64,000 nucleotides of DNA, taken from Bacteroidota bacterium (GTDB lineage: Bacteria; Bacteroidota; JABWAT01). The translations under genes and the position numbers were made by a program. Numbering within the stretch: the stretch's first letter is position 1; every line of letters starts with the position of its first letter. This document shows, piece by piece, positions 57,901 to 64,000 of the stretch. The notes beneath the pieces were generated by a model, which worked only from the letters and a program-made list of their open reading frames with translations, was not told the DNA's origin and made no database searches. The stretch covers positions 13,993-77,992 of the forward strand of contig JAFLBE010000009.1 in assembly GCA_017303995.1 (NCBI GenBank). The letters run 5' to 3'.

Positions 57901-60900
57901 GATGATTCGATCTACACTTATAAAATGACAGGAAGAAAAATTACAGGGAAAAGTTTGTCATTATCTGAATATGCTTTCAGTGCCAGGTATGACGATTACG
58001 GCAGACTTATTGAGGCAAAAGCGCCAAATAAAAACATCTATGCATTTGGGTACGATGCATATCACCGGCTTGTTCACGTAAAGCGAAACGGACAAAACAT
58101 CAGAAGGTATGCCTATAATATTGCAAGGTTTAATGGGGATCCCATAAAAATTTCAACAACTGATTATACAAGTAATGTTGATTCCCTGATTTCAACAGAA
58201 TTCATGGATGGACTTGGTTTAATTCAATCTCAGAGTGGAAATGCCCAGGTTGTGATGATTTCTGAACCTGTTTTTGATAAGTCCTGGGAAGCCCTGGGAC
58301 AGACCCAAAGTCTTGTTTTTAAATCAGGAGAAACTGGATTTCAAAATCCATGGAGTAAAACTTTTCATTCTTCGTTTACCAATGGCGGTAAGTTACAGGT
58401 TGATAAATTATTTAATTACGGTGAAAACAAATCAAATTACGATCAGACCTATGCCGCAAGTCGTGGAACAGGAAAATTGTTAACTAGTGGGGGACCTGCA
58501 GCCTTTTCTGAAAGCAATTCTTCTCCATTTGGTACCAATATCGTTGAGACAGGTCCAGGTACCACCAGGCGAATGAAAGAAAAATACAGTCGATCTGTAA
58601 GCAGGAGGGTGATGGATAATTATCTTATTGCGCTCATGATTGATGAAGATGAAAGGGTTCAGTTTGCAATTTCAGAAACGGATGGAAAAAAACTTATCAC
58701 AGGGTCAACAAACCTTTCATCCTTATCCCCATCCGCTTCTGGTGGAATAGTCTCCCTGTTTAATAAAATAAACAAAACTGTCTCACCTGTTCAGAGTTCC
58801 ACACCTGTAGAAAACCCGGGAGACGGAGGTCCAGATGAAGGGGATGGTTATGATCATCCGATAGACCCGCCAGCCTGTCTGGTTGCAAGTGAACTGGGAG
58901 TAAATGGCGACCTTATTGAAACACGTGAAGTTGGTTGCGGTTCAAGTAATAATTTTGTTATTGGCGGGACAGTAACACATCTAGAACAGTTAACTCCTGT
59001 TGGAACTGTATCTTATCAGAAGTTATCGCCACTTAGTTATTTGGAGGTACAAATAAATAACCTTGATTCCGGTAAAAATCTTAATCTTTTGTGCAATGGT
59101 GAATTAATTAAAGTTTTTACGGGGCCTTTAACAGATTATGTTTTCAGGTATTATGGCGGCGAACTTACAGACAATTTTATTATTGATTACGAAACGGATC
59201 TCGGGTGCATAACCTGTTCAGATATTGTCTCATTTAAGGAGGTTAGTTTGATGAACCTAATCCCCCAAAGTGTAACTCAATACAAATATAATGATTTGAA
59301 TCAATTGGTTAATGTTATTCACCCGGATGGCAGTGAAACCCGGTATGACTATGATTTTTTTGGAAATGTGATCAGAAAAGAAACACCCTTCCAGAATGGA
59401 AAACTTAAAAACGGAACACTGCCGGAAAGTGATGTTTCAGTCAATCCTGATTTTGAATATGCGTATGACCAATATGGTCAGTTAAGAATGAGTATTGATC
59501 CCAATCAGTCGGTTGCCGGGAAAATGTCTGTTTTTCAGTATGATGGTTTTGGTCGGTTAATTGAAACTGGTGAAATGAACAGTTCAGCCAGGTTTATATC
59601 AGTAAATGCTGAAAATCCGCTTTTCCCTTTTACAACAGCTCCGCTAAACGGAACGGCAGCATTAGATCCATTTGACCGTGGTAATTTTACAGCCCCTGCT
59701 GACTATATCTGGAAACAGCAGTTTTACTATGATGGCTCAGATACCTCAGAAGGAAGGATCTTCCAGGTTAGAGAAAATGTTCCGAAACCGGATGGAACTT
59801 TAGGTACTTTTACAAAGGAAATTAAATACCGTAAGGAAGGCTGGGTTGCGAAAGTAAATACAACCTACCCCAATGGGGTCACTCAGGAGGAAGTTGTTTA
59901 TACTTTTGACCTGACCGGGAAGCCAACTTTCTCTGCCCTTTTGGTAAATGGGACGCTGAAACAGCGCCAATGGTATGAGTATTCCGCATTTGGCCAACTG
60001 ACCAAAGTTTGGTTAAGCAAAACAACAGCCAAACCTGCTTCACCAACCTTTACCTATAACTATAACCGGTTTGGACAAATCGGAAGCAAATCAATCGGTC
60101 CGATAAGTACCAAACTTTATCAGGGATTTACCGAAGAGGGATGGCTTGACTCTCTTTCAGTGTACCCCTCACTGGCTGCTTCACAAAACCCTGCAACCCG
60201 GTTGTTCCGGCTGAAGTATAATTATTACAATTCTACATTTTCCGCAGACAGGACTTATTCGCCCTTATATTCCGGAAATATCGGACAAATGCTCACCAGC
60301 CATAAGGATATAACCGATGATCTTCTGGAAACGTTTACCTATGATGGTCTCAACAGGCTTTCAGCATCCCAAACAGATAAAATATTTAAAACAACCGGTT
60401 CGATTTACAAAAACGATATCTATGGTTCATTCTATTCATACGATGTCATGGGAAATGTGCTGAATTTGCAGAGAAACTGGGACTCACCTTCACAACCCGG
60501 ATCAACAGAACTGAAAGATAATTTCATCTACCAGTATGATGGTTCCCGTTTGAGGAATCTGGTTGATTTATCTACAGTTGCTACCAATCAAAGCCTGAAC
60601 ATAAAAACCCAGGTTTCAACAGTTTCAGGCTCTTCCCTGTATCAGAATGTAGTTTTCCCAGGACTTTCTGATGGTTTTGAGGCCTATCCGACCGGCCCAG
60701 GACTTCCTTCTCCCGATTTTTCATCATCAACTTCAACCCAGGTCGGTATTTCGACTGATGCTGTTAAAGGCAAGGTTTTGACACTTAATCTATTACCTGG
60801 GAAAACCTCAGCCAATACACAGGCGGATACCATTCAGGTTGTTTTTCCCAGAACCTATCAGCTTAAGTTTGATTACAAAACAGGGTTTTATAATGATGGT

Positions 60901-62301
60901 GAAATGCAATGGAATTCAGCTTTGACCGTTTCATTAATCTGGTTGAAAACAAATAAAACGGTACTGTCAACGGCAACCCTTTTAAATGCTGTAAATTCAC
61001 CTGCCTGGCTCACCATAACGCGGTCGGTGACAGCACCAGATCAGGCTGCTTTCCTGGTCGTGAAATTCACTGCTTCAGCCACTTATACTCCTCTTTCCGT
61101 CCAGATTGATAATTTCCTGATCGAGGAAAATAATCTGGCTTATACATATGACGGAAACGGAAACATAACTCAGGACAAAATCAGAGGAATCAGCGGAATT
61201 GTTTACAACTCCCTGAATCTGCCCACCCAGCTATCCAACCTGACACAAACCGTAAATTATGGTTATCTTTGGGAAGGAAGCAGGTGGTTCAAAAAGGTGG
61301 GAACCACCATTCAGTATTATCTAAGAGGAAGCGGCGGAGAGCTTCTCGGTGAATATACAGGCACCCCTTCTACCATGAATTACCTGAATCTGTACGGGAT
61401 GGATCTTGAAGGAAAATGGCAATATGACACACCCGGTGAGTATTTTTATGTAAAAGATCATCTTGGGAATGTTCGCCAGATACTGAAGAATATCTCGGGT
61501 GCACCTCAGTTATCATCTAAAACAGATTATTACCCGTTTGGTGCGGTGATGAGAGAAACCAATTCCCTGTCACTGGCAGAATCTAAGTTTAAGTACCAGA
61601 ATAAGGAGAGAGATGTAGAATCTGGGTATGACTACTTCGAAGCCCGGATGTATGACAGTCAGCTCGGACGGTTTTTACAAGTGGATCCCCATGAATTTAG
61701 ATATCCAAATATAAGTTCATATGCAGGGATGAACAACAACCCTATAAGATACGATGATCAGACTGGGAGGGATCCTGGTGATTTATTTAAAACCAGAAAT
61801 AGAGCCGCAAGAGATTTTGGTAAAACATTTAATGGCGTATCTATTAAACAAAAAAAGGAATATGGAGCAACTATTTACACTACAACAGCTGCAGATGGAA
61901 AAACATATTACTCATATTCTAAACCAGATGTTGGCGGAAATGCAGGTACTAGTGTAAGCCCCGCCCCGGTTGGGACAACACCTGTCGCAGATATACATTC
62001 TCACGGGGGTTATGAAAAAGGTTATGATAACAATAATATTTCACCTCAAGACAAAGCTGATAATGACAAAACAAAATTGGTAGGTTATGTATCTACACCG
62101 GATGGGTCATTAAAGAAATATGATCCAAACACGAAAAAGGAAACCGTTGTAACAGAACAGTTACCAAGTGATCCAAATGATCCTAACAGGAAAAATAAAA
62201 TTAATCCAGATCAAAAAGTAACCCCTGAAGAAAAGGAAGTACCTGAGAAAAAACCAGAACCAGAAAAAAAGGAAGAGTCAGAAAAAAAGAATGGGAATTA
62301 A
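54901..62301 (+). CDS. giant secreted RHS/YD-repeat polymorphic toxin protein (RHS repeat-associated core + C-terminal variable toxin domain)
   Basis: There is a Sec signal peptide (MKPLFLAVSLLIFFCLQTSNAQ). A ~1450-aa N-terminal region is of unknown fold. Many YD repeats (YDYDFFGNVI, YAYDQYGQL, YDGFGRLIE, YTYDGNGNITQD) lie at nt ~59280-61780. The RHS core ends YFEARMYDSQLGRFLQVDP...NNNPIRYDDQTGRDPG. Then a ~170-aa tail (EYGATIY...DGKTYYSYSKP...VADIHSHGGY) is followed by a Lys/Glu/Pro-rich low-complexity end. Confidence 0.8.
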   Translation: MKPLFLAVSLLIFFCLQTSNAQVGSPGNFEKYEFQPEAWKLPDMSAGSVNEHGDYTTSIGLAQISSPSGLAFNFNIYYSSDIHYDDVSGWLGLGWQANPGTISRSVRGDYTPFNESNINARSFSTKDKNPVDFPSNLKENHWDGYLDLFNVSLPDGTNLEMVVEESGITSASQTHQFKVLNEKGFSVEAKFGPVSDRTGTVSVAQNKYYADGISATDYTSFIITAPNGIRYLYCQPTLELNIGFGTSQSVYVSTWRIGAIIGPEYKGNIWSADNNPTANSIVFRYGHETMNTTQKVFPNRLLTGLSVLVGDKLNADYKYEAISHLKYLISVESKTQKLSLTYIDDITTEKNSQIPYKVTENQVESAGSWGLIPILGRKRIDKIETYQNLENPVSSKLVKTASLGYSIDFGRCFLVSLTQSELEGKQYFFDYDLSDASGEFDYTTIWNYYNNNDDYERFTKFRNSLYVYHPYVVPFDINGYYKTRSLSTVPESDLLNDYTVKSKPNIGQLTSISFPTGKIESIKYTKKQITSQKTYDFGWSGFTKYKVIPYSYSDLENKYNKQISKNALFHVAKYFEGDIDFFTKSCPEKITISDDTNVGETIKLYSYEKPVFPGIVREMHFNDFTRLMDEGPDNTCLSEATYGLWASDWQNGNASFQNFVNNLEPLDDFITSKATRLMDVEDRVWFSEVYETVNEKVVNGHFTHFKSKQPIGILLFKSVSGSQQSVVLMSSNYHLATLQKASEQYSIQDGIRNSKKVWEEDDFSTKIKLNPNGPNFSTYPMEDFESHYNFKKLPEIEIADGLKLEKTFRSFDYAGNLVFQADYTGKVNNSYQFSILYNRYLYEESSIPGYQILKRNAKIQQISGVWTVDSLKFIDQDSVKKYLLPVENFLKEACGPNSAGDNVIETNSTGFKLISNSIFHYKDFGSNNGGFQVDWIAKSKDWKWYRYPNWAQTTLPPVDKWKVEYQITGYYQFGVPKSIDYGRFSESYYLGSKTNPFISDDDSIYTYKMTGRKITGKSLSLSEYAFSARYDDYGRLIEAKAPNKNIYAFGYDAYHRLVHVKRNGQNIRRYAYNIARFNGDPIKISTTDYTSNVDSLISTEFMDGLGLIQSQSGNAQVVMISEPVFDKSWEALGQTQSLVFKSGETGFQNPWSKTFHSSFTNGGKLQVDKLFNYGENKSNYDQTYAASRGTGKLLTSGGPAAFSESNSSPFGTNIVETGPGTTRRMKEKYSRSVSRRVMDNYLIALMIDEDERVQFAISETDGKKLITGSTNLSSLSPSASGGIVSLFNKINKTVSPVQSSTPVENPGDGGPDEGDGYDHPIDPPACLVASELGVNGDLIETREVGCGSSNNFVIGGTVTHLEQLTPVGTVSYQKLSPLSYLEVQINNLDSGKNLNLLCNGELIKVFTGPLTDYVFRYYGGELTDNFIIDYETDLGCITCSDIVSFKEVSLMNLIPQSVTQYKYNDLNQLVNVIHPDGSETRYDYDFFGNVIRKETPFQNGKLKNGTLPESDVSVNPDFEYAYDQYGQLRMSIDPNQSVAGKMSVFQYDGFGRLIETGEMNSSARFISVNAENPLFPFTTAPLNGTAALDPFDRGNFTAPADYIWKQQFYYDGSDTSEGRIFQVRENVPKPDGTLGTFTKEIKYRKEGWVAKVNTTYPNGVTQEEVVYTFDLTGKPTFSALLVNGTLKQRQWYEYSAFGQLTKVWLSKTTAKPASPTFTYNYNRFGQIGSKSIGPISTKLYQGFTEEGWLDSLSVYPSLAASQNPATRLFRLKYNYYNSTFSADRTYSPLYSGNIGQMLTSHKDITDDLLETFTYDGLNRLSASQTDKIFKTTGSIYKNDIYGSFYSYDVMGNVLNLQRNWDSPSQPGSTELKDNFIYQYDGSRLRNLVDLSTVATNQSLNIKTQVSTVSGSSLYQNVVFPGLSDGFEAYPTGPGLPSPDFSSSTSTQVGISTDAVKGKVLTLNLLPGKTSANTQADTIQVVFPRTYQLKFDYKTGFYNDGEMQWNSALTVSLIWLKTNKTVLSTATLLNAVNSPAWLTITRSVTAPDQAAFLVVKFTASATYTPLSVQIDNFLIEENNLAYTYDGNGNITQDKIRGISGIVYNSLNLPTQLSNLTQTVNYGYLWEGSRWFKKVGTTIQYYLRGSGGELLGEYTGTPSTMNYLNLYGMDLEGKWQYDTPGEYFYVKDHLGNVRQILKNISGAPQLSSKTDYYPFGAVMRETNSLSLAESKFKYQNKERDVESGYDYFEARMYDSQLGRFLQVDPHEFRYPNISSYAGMNNNPIRYDDQTGRDPGDLFKTRNRAARDFGKTFNGVSIKQKKEYGATIYTTTAADGKTYYSYSKPDVGGNAGTSVSPAPVGTTPVADIHSHGGYEKGYDNNNISPQDKADNDKTKLVGYVSTPDGSLKKYDPNTKKETVVTEQLPSDPNDPNRKNKINPDQKVTPEEKEVPEKKPEPEKKEESEKKNGN

Positions 62302-62307
62302 ATATAT

Positions 62308-62667
62308 TTGTATTTTAATATGGAGGATGATTTTATGGTAAAGTTATTTTTTATTTCAGTAACAATAATGGTGTTGACTTTGACTATGACCACTACGAAT
62401 AATGCAGAAAAAAATAATAATCAAAATAAAGGTTACGTACCAGAAGACGGTTTTGTGCCAAATGAGGAAACTGCCGTCAAGATTGCAGAAGCGGTTTGGT
62501 TCCCCATTTACGGTGAGAAGATCAATGAAAACAAACCATTTCAAGCAATTTTAGTCAAGGGTGTCTGGCAAGTTACTGGAACGATCCATACCAGCAAAGG
62601 CGGGGCACCATATGCAGAAATTCAAAAAAATGATTGTAAAATTCTCATAATAACCCATTCAAAATAG
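62308..62667 (+). CDS. putative immunity protein, NTF2-fold immunity-like (Imm-NTF2 family)
   Basis: EETAVKIAEAVWFPIYGEKINENKPFQAILVKGVWQVTGTIH...GGAPYAEIQKNDCKILIITHSK matches the pattern of NTF2-fold immunity proteins found downstream of Bacteroidota RHS/polymorphic toxins. It lies 6 bp downstream of the RHS gene stop. An alternative start at the MVKLFF Met is possible. Confidence 0.55.
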   Translation: MYFNMEDDFMVKLFFISVTIMVLTLTMTTTNNAEKNNNQNKGYVPEDGFVPNEETAVKIAEAVWFPIYGEKINENKPFQAILVKGVWQVTGTIHTSKGGAPYAEIQKNDCKILIITHSK

Positions 62668-63304
62668 CATCAACAAACGGAAATAGTTTTGGATTGTGGG
62701 ATCAATTGAGACGATTTGAACAGATTAGAGTTATTTTTCATAACCTCTTTTTACAAATCATCATTATATTAAATGAAATTTGAAGGGCATCAATTTATTA
62801 ATTGGAATCAACTTTCGTTGCCCCAACCGGAGTCACCAAAGTAAATCCGTCGAATGCCGGATGCTTCGCAAAATCCTGCTCAAAAACGCCTCCGCAGTTA
62901 CCTCAACTGCCACTTTGATGAAATCTGGTTGGGAGAATCCTCCGACCCGGTTCCGGTTTAAGGAAATTTCAGACCACCGCCCCGGATGGGGCAGAATATT
63001 GGTAGAAGATATATCCAAATAAAACATCACTCCGGCGGAGTGACACGATCTGTTACCATTTTTTATTCCGCTCCTGCGGAGCTTGAAACCTACTATTTTT
63101 TTACAGGTTCTACCAATATTTCACCCCGCCGGGGTGAGCATTTGGAACCCGAACGTCCAGGTTTATTTGTCCCGATAAAAATGAACACTTACAGCTCATC
63201 AAAACCTGTTTAAGCGAATTACTCCAATACCGACCAAATTATCCTTATCCCGCCTCGATATCCACTCCGGAAATTCGTAACTTACTCTTTTTACCGGAGA
63301 GTTT

Positions 63305-64000
63305 ATGATTTTCAGGATTTTAACAGTTCTTTTCTTATCAGTTTCCATTGGCTTTGCTCAGGAAGGGAAACCCTTCTATAAACGACAGGCACCACAGACC
63401 CCCAAAAGTCCGGGGAGGAATTTCGATGTTTTGCATTACCGGATTGATCAGGACTGGTTTGGATTGTTCAACAGCAACGATGTGCGGGTTCCGGGCTCAA
63501 CTACCCTCTGGCTGGTTCCTGAGGATACGTTATCATTTGTTCGTTTGCAATATGGATCGATGGATTTGCTATCTGCAACCATCAATGATCAGCCTGCAAC
63601 CATCAAAACAGAACCTGAAGGTATGTTTCTGGTCAAATCCGGACAGCTTTTTACCCACTCAGATACTCTGAAAGTCAAAATTGATTTTAAACGACAGAAT
63701 GTGAATGAGTTTGGTTTGTACTATTACCGGCCAACAATCACCGTTAAAATACCTGAAAAGATGGCCTACACCATGGCTGAACCCTATGAAGGGCGCAACT
63801 GGTTTCCTTGCTACGACTATCCGGATGACCGGGCAACTGTTGAAACGTTTACGAGGGTTCCGGCAGGTTATACCGTTACTTCAAACGGACTTCTGCAGTC
63901 GGTAAAAGATAATGGTGACAACACCCAAACCTTTCACTGGAAAGCGGCTGACCCGATGCCGTCGTATCTCGTTGTGGTCAATGCTTCAAAGTTTGATACC
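63305..64000 (+). CDS. M1-family aminopeptidase (aminopeptidase N-like), 5' portion; the gene continues beyond the window
   Basis: This is an open frame I translated myself; it is absent from the ORF track because it has no stop in the window. It has a signal peptide (MIFRILTVLFLSVSIGFAQ) and the M1 N-terminal domain with AEPYEGRNWFPCYDYPDDRATVE (cf. EPxxARxxFPCFDEP). Confidence 0.65.
   Translation, partial: MIFRILTVLFLSVSIGFAQEGKPFYKRQAPQTPKSPGRNFDVLHYRIDQDWFGLFNSNDVRVPGSTTLWLVPEDTLSFVRLQYGSMDLLSATINDQPATIKTEPEGMFLVKSGQLFTHSDTLKVKIDFKRQNVNEFGLYYYRPTITVKIPEKMAYTMAEPYEGRNWFPCYDYPDDRATVETFTRVPAGYTVTSNGLLQSVKDNGDNTQTFHWKAADPMPSYLVVVNASKFDT

Noticed and set aside
62780-63213. Small ORFs 62780..63022 (+), 62833..63030 (-), 62986..63213 (+) between the immunity gene and the M1 peptidase
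   Set aside because: They overlap each other in different frames and are spanned by hairpin repeats, including TCACCCCGCCGGGGTGA. I recognised no motifs. The region is more likely an intergenic structured region. A second or orphan immunity gene cannot be fully excluded.
1-64000. Search for rRNA, tRNA, tmRNA, RNase P and SRP RNA genes
   Set aside because: I found no cloverleaf-compatible segments or conserved rRNA, RNase P or SRP RNA motifs by eye. The structured element at 32619-32768 does not match SRP, tmRNA or RNase P consensus boxes. Without Infernal/tRNAscan I cannot rule them in.

Overview
This 64-kb window is a chromosomal segment from a moderately AT-rich bacterium of the FCB group (Bacteroidota/Ignavibacteriota-like). 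Supporting this placement are a T9SS C-terminal sorting domain, a gldA/gldF/gldG gliding-type ABC cluster, a FISUMP-domain lipoprotein, an NTF2-fold immunity protein, and the absence of strong Shine-Dalgarno sites. Most genes are densely packed housekeeping genes on the + strand, often with 4-bp ATGA start/stop overlaps. I identified xerD, an Mce/MlaD-family gene, ggt, a RelA/SpoT enzyme, an HU-family gene, ruvX, def-fmt, ssb, purF, ftsY, rimO, plsC, a gldAFG-like cluster, an M28 peptidase, rsmB, pabB/pabC-like genes, yicC-gmk-rpoZ-coaBC-UDG-dnaB, and a glmM-like gene. I found no rRNA, tRNA, CRISPR array, transposase or integrase other than XerD. The accessory and unusual content is in the right third and a few islands. 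(1) A 2486-aa Sec-signal giant RHS/YD-repeat polymorphic-toxin protein with an RHS core (DPxG motif), a C-terminal toxin-like tail, and an immediately downstream NTF2-fold immunity-like gene. (2) An orphan EutN/CcmL-type microcompartment vertex gene translationally coupled to a GlmM-like gene. (3) A pair of ~160-bp highly structured direct repeats between the EutN-like gene and a GH57-like, T9SS-secreted glycoside hydrolase. (4) A ~150-bp nested-inverted-repeat, GNRA-hairpin-rich element upstream of a thioredoxin-like [2Fe-2S] ferredoxin and a 512-aa tandem ThyX-like protein. (5) A UbiA-family prenyltransferase and a CDP-alcohol phosphatidyltransferase pair coupled to purF. (6) A minus-strand gene block (SDR-DUF2867, DUF2805, two DoxX genes, SDR) between ruvX and the FISUMP gene. 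(7) Recurring small palindromes of the form TCACCCCnnCGGGGTGA. All calls are from reading the sequence. I ran no database searches.
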